Source: a virus. Taken from it: 64,000 nucleotides of DNA. Location of the stretch: the IMG/VR virus record IMGVR_UViG_3300021335_000004; one strand, 5' to 3'. A program made the position numbers and the translations under genes. The notes under the pieces are model-generated. The model was not told where the DNA came from and made no database searches. It saw only the letters and a program-made list of their open reading frames with translations. Below, one piece after another: positions 47,329 to 56,599 of this stretch. Numbering within the stretch: the stretch's first letter is position 1; every line of letters begins with the position of its first letter.

Positions 47329-48642
47329 TTAAGTCTTAATTATTCTAAACTGTCTTCCAAATAATTCTTGAACAGTTTTTCTTATAGTAGGTCTTATCAA
47401 TCTTTGTCCTACTGCGTATGGCCGTCTATGAAATTTATCAAAATATTCTGATACAGGGGGTTTGGCAAAGTAACTTACTAGCTGCCTTTTATAATCTATT
47501 GTAAATTGTAAAGAATTTACAAAACGTCCTGTTCTATATTTTAATCCTTCAGTAGGGTTTGCGGGGCCAAGCTTTGGCATTTTATTTTCAATCCTATCCT
47601 GAAGTATACTTGTAAACTGCGCAGAAGATATTAACTTAGTAGTAGTTTCTTTACCTTCTCTTTCTTGACTTACATATTTGCCTGTTTTTACTTTACCAGT
47701 TACTCTCGGTATAGAACCTCCAGTAGGTACGCCATATAATATTTCGTAATCTAAGGGAGGCGCTCCTGCAAATTCTTTTGAGGTTAGTTTCTTTTTTCCG
47801 CTAATTGAATCTAAAATTTTTGTAAACTCATCAGCAGATTTAGCTATAATAGGAGGACCTGTTTCTCCTAATTGCCTATATAAATCTTTTTCAAAAGCAT
47901 CACCTAAGTTATACTGAATTCCTGCAGATTTACCTTTTCCTTTTAATTCCGTAGTAAAAGGGGGAGATCTAAAGTTAGAAAAAGGAAAATAAATATTAAT
48001 TACATCAACAGAAGTAACTTTGTTGCCTACTATATTTGCTTTCGATATCAAAAGATTTTTAGCTTTGTTATAAAAGGCTTTGTGTAAATCTGGATCGTAT
48101 TTTGCAATTAAATCGAAAAAACCTCTACCACCTATTTTAGCTCTGACTGCTTTTAAAACTTCTTCAGGATTATTAACGTCAAAAGTTTCTATACCCTTTT
48201 TTCCAAAGTCTTTATCTGTTTTTAATAAACCTTCTTCTTGTGATTGTGTAGCTAACAATTTAAGTTGGTCTAGATAACCGCTGCCAAAAGCAGAATAAGC
48301 TCTTTGACCTATTGTAGATCCTGGAGATCCACCTCTTTTTGCTTTAACTTCTGGAGTTAAAACATCTTCTATATCAGCCCCAAAAGATCTAGCTAAGGCT
48401 TTTGCTACTCGATCACTAGTTATTTCTAAGTCTGGTACAGCGGCTACGTTCTTTTCAGCTTGTTGAGATACTCGACCTCCATAATATTTAGCTAAACTTT
48501 GCTCAATAGCATCTCCCCAATATTTTTCACTTCTTCTTGTGCCTTTACCTGCTGTTATTTTACCTACAGATTGTAAAAGACCTGTATAATTATTTATTAG
48601 TTCAGGGTCTGTTACAGAAATTTTATAAGCTACTACAGTCAC
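47329..48642 (-). CDS. tail completion protein (T5 p143-like) with an extended N-terminus
   Basis: C-terminal L.YRTGRF.NS...LI..TIR motif; position between head completion and tail terminator genes. Confidence 0.7.
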   Translation of the reverse strand: MTVVAYKISVTDPELINNYTGLLQSVGKITAGKGTRRSEKYWGDAIEQSLAKYYGGRVSQQAEKNVAAVPDLEITSDRVAKALARSFGADIEDVLTPEVKAKRGGSPGSTIGQRAYSAFGSGYLDQLKLLATQSQEEGLLKTDKDFGKKGIETFDVNNPEEVLKAVRAKIGGRGFFDLIAKYDPDLHKAFYNKAKNLLISKANIVGNKVTSVDVINIYFPFSNFRSPPFTTELKGKGKSAGIQYNLGDAFEKDLYRQLGETGPPIIAKSADEFTKILDSISGKKKLTSKEFAGAPPLDYEILYGVPTGGSIPRVTGKVKTGKYVSQEREGKETTTKLISSAQFTSILQDRIENKMPKLGPANPTEGLKYRTGRFVNSLQFTIDYKRQLVSYFAKPPVSEYFDKFHRRPYAVGQRLIRPTIRKTVQELFGRQFRIIKT

Positions 48643-49958
48643 TACATTACCACACGATACATTTCAAGAACCCTACGAATATGTGGAGGAAAGTTAGCAC
48701 TTAATCCGTGTGATTTACCACTTTCTCCTTGTAAAGAGAATCCAGCGTTTTCTTGTGTTTGCTTATGTAATATCTTAATATAATCTAATGTAGCTACTTT
48801 AATATCACGAGGTATAATACTAAATCCAGCATCATAAGTAACTTTTATCCCTCTAGGATAATTTCTAAAGATGGTTTCGGGAATAACAGAAATATTTGTT
48901 ATACCCTGTACTCCAGCTGTGTATCTTCTAATTCCTCCAGTTTCTGAATTCCAAATATATTCTGGAGTAGTTCTAGAATCGTCTTTCAACGTACTATCGT
49001 TATTTTTTCCATTAAAATGTAAAAGTAATACTGTATTTTCATCTGTTGCGTTAGGAGTAGTAGGAACAGAAAATGATTTATCATATTTTGAATCTATAGT
49101 AATTCTAAATTCATCTAAATATCCTTTAAAATAGTTTTCACTACCTGTTACTCCGGTTTTACCTAAATACAGAGGAGTACTAACAGATATAGTAGGAAGA
49201 GAGTTTGAAGTAGTCTGAGTATTGACTAAAGTACCATCAATAAACATACGTATATCATTATCTTTTCTACTTACTGCGTAATGATTAAATGAATTAGCTT
49301 TAGGTAAATAATAACTTGAAGTAGAAGAAGTACTAGTAAAATGGTGTACATTAGCTACTTCAGTATCGGAATTTAAAGCTCTAAAGTTAACTCCTAGATA
49401 AGGACTATAACCTAATTCTATTTTAGTGTTAGCATCTCCTCTAGATACCATTGCTTTAGTACTAGAAAGGTCTTCAAACCTAAACCATCCTTCAATAGTA
49501 AAATCATCAGTTTGAAAATCAAATTTAGGATTACTGGTTTCTGGATCATTTGATGATACAAAAGCTGATCCATCAAAATAGACAGAACTTTCTCCAAATT
49601 TTTTTCTTCTTGTTTTTAAGGTAGCTGTAGAAGTAATAGTTGAAGTATCAAAGTCCCCACTTACAAAAGATCCATCAGAACTAGGGCCTATTAGTGTTTT
49701 ATGAGTACTTCCGTCATATTCAGTAATTGTCTTTACGCCGTTTAAAGGCAATCTAGAAACAAATACCTGAGAAGCTCCTCCATTAAAAACCTCTGTATAA
49801 ACGTTGTTTTTAATTTCTCTACCTACATAACTTTCTACCACTGAACAAGCATAAGAAATTAGATTACTTATTCTAGTATCATAAGTATTACTATTTATCT
49901 GTAGATATTCTTTAACTTCGCCTAAAGATACATAAGGAACTGTTACAGGTTGTGCCAT
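48642..49958 (-). CDS. head completion / head-tail connector with an inserted LamG (ConA-like) domain
   Basis: N-terminal YVSL.EVKEYL...D..I..LI..AC..VESY.GR; C-terminal KVTYDAG...IP.DIK.AT...FPPHIRRVLEMYR; internal DFTIEGWF...HYAVSR...FIDG...YFKGYLDEFRIT. Confidence 0.82.
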   Translation of the reverse strand: MAQPVTVPYVSLGEVKEYLQINSNTYDTRISNLISYACSVVESYVGREIKNNVYTEVFNGGASQVFVSRLPLNGVKTITEYDGSTHKTLIGPSSDGSFVSGDFDTSTITSTATLKTRRKKFGESSVYFDGSAFVSSNDPETSNPKFDFQTDDFTIEGWFRFEDLSSTKAMVSRGDANTKIELGYSPYLGVNFRALNSDTEVANVHHFTSTSSTSSYYLPKANSFNHYAVSRKDNDIRMFIDGTLVNTQTTSNSLPTISVSTPLYLGKTGVTGSENYFKGYLDEFRITIDSKYDKSFSVPTTPNATDENTVLLLHFNGKNNDSTLKDDSRTTPEYIWNSETGGIRRYTAGVQGITNISVIPETIFRNYPRGIKVTYDAGFSIIPRDIKVATLDYIKILHKQTQENAGFSLQGESGKSHGLSANFPPHIRRVLEMYRVVM

Positions 49959-49961
49959 GTT

Positions 49962-50186
49962 CTACTCCTCATCAAGAGTATTTGATACTGATGTCTCTGT
50001 CACTACTTTTTTTGTGGAAAACGCTGACTGCATTGATCTATTAGTTGTAGAAGGTACAGGTTTTCTTTTTTCTTTCCACTTTTTTTTCATTTCTTCATTA
50101 TCTACGCTGTAAGATTTTAATTTAAGTAAAAATTCTTGATAGTCATCGATGGAAAGTAATCTCTCTATAGGATCTCTTTTTGCCAT
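49962..50186 (-). CDS. hypothetical protein
   Basis: AAGGAG RBS; 74 aa. Confidence 0.65.
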   Translation of the reverse strand: MAKRDPIERLLSIDDYQEFLLKLKSYSVDNEEMKKKWKEKRKPVPSTTNRSMQSAFSTKKVVTETSVSNTLDEE

Positions 50187-50205
50187 TATAAATTCTCCTT
50201 TTAGT

Positions 50206-50240
50206 AAAATAGGGCAGGCGTTGTATACACCTGCCCTGTT
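50206..50240 (-). terminator. Rho-independent terminator after the capsid gene
   Basis: AGGGCAGGTG-TATACAA-CGCCTGCCCT-ATTTT on the minus strand. Confidence 0.75.
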
Positions 50241-50279
50241 GCATTAACGCTTTTTTACGCTATATGACTAGTTTTAAAA

Positions 50280-51692
50280 TTAGCCAGCTGCGATATTACA
50301 AGCGAATGAGTAAGATGAGCTCAAAGTTGGGCTTGAAGCAGTTCCTGCAGTAGTCAAGGCTTTAAAGTCAAAGCGTGTTGACATATACATTGCAGTTACC
50401 TGCTGGCGTGGTTCGTACTCACTTTCGATTTCCATTCCACGTCTCTCACCGATAACAAATCCCGGCTTGTAAACAAGAGTTCCAAGAGTGTTCCATGAAG
50501 TTCCTGCGTTATCCATAAATTCAGAGATAACAACTGGAATTCCATAAATAGCTCCAAGAGCACCTGTTAAATAAGTGGCATTAGGGCCGAACTTATCTAC
50601 AGTACGGAAGTCTGACTCAGCTACAAGTGAGTTATAACCTTCAACACCAGTGATATATACTAATTGATCACCTAACTGAAGACCATACTTACCAAGAGTT
50701 GCACGTGCATCTGCGATTTCAGCAGGAGCAGCTTTAGCAGTAGAAGAACCGGTCTGTTGTTGTAACGCAGCAGCATTAGCAAGCTTAGTAATACCAGTAA
50801 TTACAGAAGCAAAACCAGTACCTGCTGTAATTGCGGCAGCGTTAGCAGTAAAGCCTGAGCTAGCACCAGTACCACGAAGGATTGATTTATCGATAGCACG
50901 GGCAATACGACGAGTTGTCGAAGCACGTAAGAAATCAATAAGAGGAAGAATTGTATCTTCTTCTTCATCCTTAGCAAGATGGGTTGAAGTCATAAACTTA
51001 TGTGGTGTTAAATCAATTGATTTAATCACGTTCTGATGTGAATCAGGAACGTTGCTGCTATCACCAATACCGGTAGCATATGTTCCAGACTCAAATTGAG
51101 CTACACCATCATTACTACCTGAGAAACCGTCATCTTCGTCAGCGACTGGGATACGGAAAGTTTTTGCATCAACTTGTACACGGTTGAACATTGGAGCAAC
51201 AACTAATTGCTGCTGCATTTCTTCATAGATGTTAGTTGAGAAGTTAGAAATAAAGTTCTCACCAGATTGAACAACAGCTTTCATTTTAGTACCAAGTCTA
51301 GTGTCCATTACATCACGTCTGTTAAGAGCGTATCCAAGCATAACAGCGTTAGCCATTTCTTTAGCAGAATATGGGTTTTCTTTACGCTGTGACTCTTGCC
51401 ACACCATTTTGCTATTTTGAAGAGCAGCAATTTCGTCTCTGTACTTCTCCATTTGAGCTTTAAGTTCAGCAACAGCTTCGTTTTCACGAGGTGTATATGC
51501 TGATTTTTCTTCAACAAGTTCTTGTCTATCACGAACGTCTGCTTGTTCCATGATAGCTTCACCAGTCTTTTGAACTAATTCGGCCACTCTAGGCTCTTGT
51601 ACCTCTATAGTGGCGGCTTTAGCTTCTGCTTGATTATTTTCGGCTGCACCAGTATCAATAGTTAGTACATCGCCTGCAGTTTGAGTAGCCAT
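50280..51692 (-). CDS. major capsid protein from an internal in-frame start (470 aa)
   Basis: AAAGGAG-AAAGACGAT-ATG GCT ACT CAA inside the fusion ORF, same frame. Confidence 0.72.
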   Translation of the reverse strand: MATQTAGDVLTIDTGAAENNQAEAKAATIEVQEPRVAELVQKTGEAIMEQADVRDRQELVEEKSAYTPRENEAVAELKAQMEKYRDEIAALQNSKMVWQESQRKENPYSAKEMANAVMLGYALNRRDVMDTRLGTKMKAVVQSGENFISNFSTNIYEEMQQQLVVAPMFNRVQVDAKTFRIPVADEDDGFSGSNDGVAQFESGTYATGIGDSSNVPDSHQNVIKSIDLTPHKFMTSTHLAKDEEEDTILPLIDFLRASTTRRIARAIDKSILRGTGASSGFTANAAAITAGTGFASVITGITKLANAAALQQQTGSSTAKAAPAEIADARATLGKYGLQLGDQLVYITGVEGYNSLVAESDFRTVDKFGPNATYLTGALGAIYGIPVVISEFMDNAGTSWNTLGTLVYKPGFVIGERRGMEIESEYEPRQQVTAMYMSTRFDFKALTTAGTASSPTLSSSYSFACNIAAG

Positions 51693-53030
51693 ATCGTCTT
51701 TCTCCTTTGTTTCGACAATCATTTGCCCATGTAATTTTAGGGCTAGATCTCTATGATCATTTGGGTTCATTTTATTCAATTCATGAATAATATTATTTAA
51801 GTAATTTGCAAAAACATAATCAGAATCTGACCAATCTTCGCCGTTTGCTTTTAGATTTAAAAGTTTGTTTAATTTCTCTTGTAAGTCTAAACTGTTAGTA
51901 ATAGATTCTTCGTCTTTTAAAGAGAATAAATATTGTTCAGTTGCATTATTTGTATTTTTATATGCTTCTTTAATTTCTTCTCTTACAGAATCGGATAATC
52001 TTGGTGTATTAGTATTAATTACATGAATATCATATTTTGTACCGATATCCCAAGTATTTACTACAGCCATTTCCTCTGCCGGAACTGTATCTATATTATC
52101 CACTGTTTTTCCATTTACGTCAACCTCTAAAAATTTAAAATTTGGAGATTCGGCAGTAGCAATCTTAGTAATTTTAAATCTTTTTCCTTCGTATTTTATA
52201 AAGGTATCAGTACTCAATGAAGAGGTTTCAGCAGATAAAAGATTTACAAAAGGAATTGGATCCATAGGATTAATTTCTTCTAATTCTTCTTCAGAAAGCT
52301 CTAAAGATGTTTCTTCCAAAATATCTTTAGTTTCTTCTGCTAGTTCTACTGTAATTTCTTCAGAGAGATCTTCATTTGAAGAATCATTTGTAGCTTTTTC
52401 TTCAACTTCAATCGCTTCTGCAGTTTCTACAGATTCAACAATGTCTGTTTCGGAAATGGCTTCAGACTTTTCTTCAATAGTATTATCTTCTGTGTCCATT
52501 TCTTCCTCGCTTTCTCCGTTTTTAAAGCTTTTTACAAATTCTTCATACTCAGAATCACCTTCAAAGCTTTTTCTAACACTAAATAGTGAGTTTTGATTAG
52601 CAGGTACACTAACCACGCTAATTTCTAACAACTCTACTTCTGTAATAGTCATAGAATCGTTATTTGCATCATACTTACCGTCTTTAACGCGAAAACCTAC
52701 TGAAAAACTTTTTAAAGCACCATCTTTAATTAAAGTTTGTACTCCGTGTAATTTTTCAGCAGCATCACTGACCATAGCATCTACATAAATTCCTTTTTTA
52801 TCAACAGTGACCTTATCTACTTTTCCAATAGGTTGATCATGTTTATGTTGATATAATAAAACAGGGTTTTTTCTATAATTTGCAACGCCTTTTGCCCATG
52901 CTTGAGCAGTTACTACGTCTCCGACCCTGTCTTTATCCGTAGTATTAGCATAGCCAGCAATTTTTAAACCATTAGAGTTTTTAATTCTTTTAGTTTCAAA
53001 AGCACTGTTCAGATAAAATGTTTTTTCCAT
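50280..53030 (-). CDS. HK97-type prohead protease fused in frame to the major capsid protein
   Basis: N-terminal IAGYANT..KDR.GD, NPVLLYQH...PIG, LKSFSVGF, LLEISVVSVPAN; C-terminal T5 pb8-like capsid (FSTNIYEE.QQQLVVAP.F, EEEDTILPL). Confidence 0.92.
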   Translation of the reverse strand: MEKTFYLNSAFETKRIKNSNGLKIAGYANTTDKDRVGDVVTAQAWAKGVANYRKNPVLLYQHKHDQPIGKVDKVTVDKKGIYVDAMVSDAAEKLHGVQTLIKDGALKSFSVGFRVKDGKYDANNDSMTITEVELLEISVVSVPANQNSLFSVRKSFEGDSEYEEFVKSFKNGESEEEMDTEDNTIEEKSEAISETDIVESVETAEAIEVEEKATNDSSNEDLSEEITVELAEETKDILEETSLELSEEELEEINPMDPIPFVNLLSAETSSLSTDTFIKYEGKRFKITKIATAESPNFKFLEVDVNGKTVDNIDTVPAEEMAVVNTWDIGTKYDIHVINTNTPRLSDSVREEIKEAYKNTNNATEQYLFSLKDEESITNSLDLQEKLNKLLNLKANGEDWSDSDYVFANYLNNIIHELNKMNPNDHRDLALKLHGQMIVETKEKDDMATQTAGDVLTIDTGAAENNQAEAKAATIEVQEPRVAELVQKTGEAIMEQADVRDRQELVEEKSAYTPRENEAVAELKAQMEKYRDEIAALQNSKMVWQESQRKENPYSAKEMANAVMLGYALNRRDVMDTRLGTKMKAVVQSGENFISNFSTNIYEEMQQQLVVAPMFNRVQVDAKTFRIPVADEDDGFSGSNDGVAQFESGTYATGIGDSSNVPDSHQNVIKSIDLTPHKFMTSTHLAKDEEEDTILPLIDFLRASTTRRIARAIDKSILRGTGASSGFTANAAAITAGTGFASVITGITKLANAAALQQQTGSSTAKAAPAEIADARATLGKYGLQLGDQLVYITGVEGYNSLVAESDFRTVDKFGPNATYLTGALGAIYGIPVVISEFMDNAGTSWNTLGTLVYKPGFVIGERRGMEIESEYEPRQQVTAMYMSTRFDFKALTTAGTASSPTLSSSYSFACNIAAG

Positions 53031-53042
53031 TTTTTATTCCTT

Positions 53043-54278
53043 TTACTCGCTTGTACCGGAATCAGAAGACTCAGGTCTTCCTCCTATTGCTGGGTTAACA
53101 GCACTTCCAGTTATGTTTTGAGGTATTCGTATTTGATCATTCTCTTCACCCTCTAAGAAACTAAACCCAAGACCTTCTCTAGCCTCATTAACTGTTATAA
53201 TACCAGTATTGACTAATGTAGAAAAATACACCGCTTGAGTTTTATTATCTGGTTGTAAAGCAGGTATAGATGTTTTATCAGGTTTAATTAAAACACCCCC
53301 ATTGAAATAATGGGAAAAAGCACTACAAAACATATTTAAAAGAGGTAATACTGTAAGGTTATAAAACATAACTTCATTTGCATGAATATTAGCATTATTA
53401 CCACTTTTTAATAGTACGTAAGGTACACCAATTGATTTAGCAATATCTTGTTGAATTCTTTCAATCGAGTTTTCAAAATCTAATTCATTAAAATTAATAT
53501 TAGAAAACCTATCTATCTTTAATCCGCCATCTAAAATTGCAGGGTTCCTAGCACCTTTAAATAAAGAAGAATAATTTGATCTCCAAGCTTCTAATAATCT
53601 TTCTTTTACTTTTGGACTTAATACACTGTCTGTTTGTAAAACTAACCCTGGAACAGCATTATTCTTAAAAAATAATCTCTGAAACTCGGTCATTTGATAA
53701 TAGAGTTCAAATAGTCTTTCTAGATTTTTTAGTCTACTAACTCCTCTAAAAATACTATCTTCATTATCTGCTTTTACATGAATAATCTCATCAGGGGTAA
53801 AAGTTATTTTTTCTTGTTTAGAAGATTGGCTTTGTCCAAAACCAAAATAAGCAGAAGTATTAGTATTATGAATTAGAAAATTATAATGACTTACAAATGT
53901 TTTTGAATCTGCAACTACTTCAACATCGTTAGCAGGGAGTAAATATAATCCACCGTTCTCTTTATCATAATAGAAAAATGCATTACCGTCAAGATAAAAA
54001 TCTAAAATTGCCCTTCTAAATAAACGTGTTCTATCCTCAAAAGGATTAGGTTTGGCGTTCATAATTTTATGAATTTTTTTAGCTGCACCACCCTCTACAA
54101 GTAAAGGAACACTAACAGCCGCATTAATAATAACCTCTACCGACCTATGAACAATTTCTATCTCTCTATAGGCAGATTCAAATTCTACAATATTCTCTGG
54201 AAGATTGTATGGATCTCTAGAAGCTATATAAGACTGCGCAGGGTTTAATTTTTCTACTAACCATTCTCTAATTGCCAT
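53043..54278 (-). CDS. portal protein (T5 pb7-like)
   Basis: EKLNPAQ, PNPF, LDGNAF, EIIH, RGVSRL, FFKNNAVPG, GVP..LL.SGNNAN, GIITVNEARE.LG. Confidence 0.95.
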   Translation of the reverse strand: MAIREWLVEKLNPAQSYIASRDPYNLPENIVEFESAYREIEIVHRSVEVIINAAVSVPLLVEGGAAKKIHKIMNAKPNPFEDRTRLFRRAILDFYLDGNAFFYYDKENGGLYLLPANDVEVVADSKTFVSHYNFLIHNTNTSAYFGFGQSQSSKQEKITFTPDEIIHVKADNEDSIFRGVSRLKNLERLFELYYQMTEFQRLFFKNNAVPGLVLQTDSVLSPKVKERLLEAWRSNYSSLFKGARNPAILDGGLKIDRFSNINFNELDFENSIERIQQDIAKSIGVPYVLLKSGNNANIHANEVMFYNLTVLPLLNMFCSAFSHYFNGGVLIKPDKTSIPALQPDNKTQAVYFSTLVNTGIITVNEAREGLGFSFLEGEENDQIRIPQNITGSAVNPAIGGRPESSDSGTSE

Positions 54279-54642
54279 TATGTTTCTCTTTTTGAATATT
54301 TATCCAGTTAATTATTTTTTTGTCAAAAGAAATAGGGTAAACTTGACCGTATAAATTGTGTAATAAAGCATGATGAAAATTACATAAAGTAAACAGATTT
54401 TTGCTGCTTAGATATTCATCATAATCTTCTTTAAATTTAATTCTTATTTCTTTAATGTACGCTACATCTTCTATTTTGTCAATTTTATTTTCTTTACACC
54501 AGCGTTGAAACAGTTCAGAAATAGAATATACATGATGTAGTTCTAATTTATCTTTAGATCCGCATATGTAACAACAAGTATCATATTTATACTCTTTTTT
54601 TATGTAATCTCTTATATATTTAATAGGTATTCTTTTAAGCAT
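54268..54642 (-). CDS. HNH nicking endonuclease (T5-type, between terminase and portal)
   Basis: KYIRD, CYICG...LELHH, TLCNFHH..LH..YG; likely ATG at 54642. Confidence 0.85.
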   Translation of the reverse strand: MLKRIPIKYIRDYIKKEYKYDTCCYICGSKDKLELHHVYSISELFQRWCKENKIDKIEDVAYIKEIRIKFKEDYDEYLSSKNLFTLCNFHHALLHNLYGQVYPISFDKKIINWINIQKEKHNGN

Positions 54643-55909
54643 AAATACTAACTTGACCCCTAAGATCGGAATAGATTGCATACCTTATAGCATCACAACA
54701 GTGAGAGGTCCAATCATGAATAGGTTTTTGCTTTTCTGTTCTCTCATTCCACCTATATGCTGCCATGGAATCAAAAGAGTGCCTAGCATTATCTATATCA
54801 AAACTAAGACTATCATGATCTACTAAATTTGCTATAGACAAAATTCCATCATTAACACTTTTTTGAGCATTTTCACAATATATATCATAATCATATGCTA
54901 AATCTGCTTTGGTTTGCTGCGCTGCAGAGTCAATGTAAATAGCATCTACATCCCATTTATCTGCAATTTCTTTTATGTGTATAGCATGAGTAGAAGTAGT
55001 TCCCTCTTTTGCTACATATTCATCAACTACATAAAACTTACCTTCAGAATCCTTTGCAAGAACTACAAAAGCGGTCTCATCTCTATACCCAATATCTAAA
55101 CCACCAATAAATTCATATCTGTAGTCTCCAGGAACAACTTCTTCTATTTGTCGTAGATGTTTATTTTCGTCAATATTATATACTTTACCTTCAAGAGTTA
55201 TCCAGTCACATTCATATTCTTGTCCAAATAGATTTTTACTCATACTTTTACGAGCTTCATCTATATCAATTTGATTTAATAAAGGGTTAGCTCTCCAAGT
55301 GAATCTTGCACTGCCCCAAGTTTCAAACTCAGGATCTTGGCCTCTTAAATAATATTCATATAAATAATTTCCCTTACCTCTAGGAGTAGAAATCCATAAA
55401 CAACGTGAGTCAGGAAAGGTTGATAAAGCAGGACGTAAATCTCTAGTAAAATATTCTTCGTTAGGTATAATCGCTGCTTCGTCTACAATTAACAAGTTAG
55501 CAGCTCTACCAATTAAACTATCTCTATTATTCGCAGATAATAATCTAAAAGTGCTTCCATTAACAAGCCTAATTACTTTATCTTTTTGATTAAAGCGTTC
55601 AGTCTCTAAAGATAAGTCTCTAATTATTTGAGTAGTATAATCCCAAATAATTGAAGATAAAGAGAAATTTGGAGCAACAACCATAACTTGAGTTCCTGGC
55701 TCTAATAATTTAGCAAAAGCTAAAATAGCCGCTGCATAAGATTTACCAGTACGTCTCGCAGATATATGTACCCAAAAACGATTGTTTTCAAGACCTTCTA
55801 CCATACCCCACTGGCTTTCATTCAACTTAAGATCAAGTTGATTAACCATAGGTATTTTTTGTAATAGTTTTTCTAAGTTTATTTTAAAAAATTTATCTTT
55901 ATCGCTCAT
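54635..55909 (-). CDS. terL: terminase large subunit
   Basis: ARRTGKS, VDEAA, ISTPRG.N, F.QEY.C, GLDIGYRD.TA, SHCCDAIRY. Confidence 0.96.
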   Translation of the reverse strand: MSDKDKFFKINLEKLLQKIPMVNQLDLKLNESQWGMVEGLENNRFWVHISARRTGKSYAAAILAFAKLLEPGTQVMVVAPNFSLSSIIWDYTTQIIRDLSLETERFNQKDKVIRLVNGSTFRLLSANNRDSLIGRAANLLIVDEAAIIPNEEYFTRDLRPALSTFPDSRCLWISTPRGKGNYLYEYYLRGQDPEFETWGSARFTWRANPLLNQIDIDEARKSMSKNLFGQEYECDWITLEGKVYNIDENKHLRQIEEVVPGDYRYEFIGGLDIGYRDETAFVVLAKDSEGKFYVVDEYVAKEGTTSTHAIHIKEIADKWDVDAIYIDSAAQQTKADLAYDYDIYCENAQKSVNDGILSIANLVDHDSLSFDIDNARHSFDSMAAYRWNERTEKQKPIHDWTSHCCDAIRYAIYSDLRGQVSIYA

Positions 55910-56208
55910 TTAAAAACACTAATTGTAGTATAAATAAAACTAAGTAGTCCTGCAATAAAAACTCCTATAAACACTAAAGTTTTAAGGCTTGTTTTACCTT
56001 GTGTCGCAAGTTTTTTTAAATCTTGAACTTCTTCAAAAGTATATTGTATCTGTTCTTGAAGTCTTTCAAAATTTTCCATTATTTTTTCATATCTTGCAGC
56101 ACAAACGGCTTCATGAGTAGCAAACTCAGACTTAGTAAGTTGAGTTCTTTCGTGAAGAGTTTCAATATCTTTATGAATTTGATCGAGTTCTCTCTCAGTA
56201 CCCATCAT
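55906..56208 (-). CDS. coiled-coil protein with a C-terminal TM helix (holin-like candidate)
   Basis: HEAVCAARY coiled coil plus hydrophobic C-terminus; GGAG RBS before ATG 56208. Confidence 0.6.
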   Translation of the reverse strand: MMGTERELDQIHKDIETLHERTQLTKSEFATHEAVCAARYEKIMENFERLQEQIQYTFEEVQDLKKLATQGKTSLKTLVFIGVFIAGLLSFIYTTISVFK

Positions 56209-56249
56209 TTTCTCCAAAAACTCCCCCTCAAGTTTTATCTAATTGTTAA

Positions 56250-56597
56250 TTATTGACTGGCAGTAAATGTATCCCACCAAGAACCCATCGCTGTTATTAG
56301 CTCCTCATCTGTGTAAGGAACAGGGTCAGCGTCAAAATCAGGACTACCATCTTCTAACAAGGCAGGTTCGCTGTATATAGGGTAACTGGCATGAATAGTT
56401 TGCATACGGGTAATAAAAGAATCTTTAGTTTGTACCTCCAAAGTAGAAGGTATATAGTATTCTACGTCATCCCTAATATAGCCAATATAACTATTGTTAA
56501 TTTGACTATACCAATGCCCACCGTTATCAATCCAAATTGGGGTTTTCTTTGCGTCAGAACGGGCTCTTACTTTTTGTAATTTATATTCTACAATCAT
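56250..56597 (-). CDS. hypothetical protein
   Basis: GAGGAG RBS; 115 aa. Confidence 0.7.
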   Translation of the reverse strand: MIVEYKLQKVRARSDAKKTPIWIDNGGHWYSQINNSYIGYIRDDVEYYIPSTLEVQTKDSFITRMQTIHASYPIYSEPALLEDGSPDFDADPVPYTDEELITAMGSWWDTFTASQ

Positions 56598-56599
56598 TG

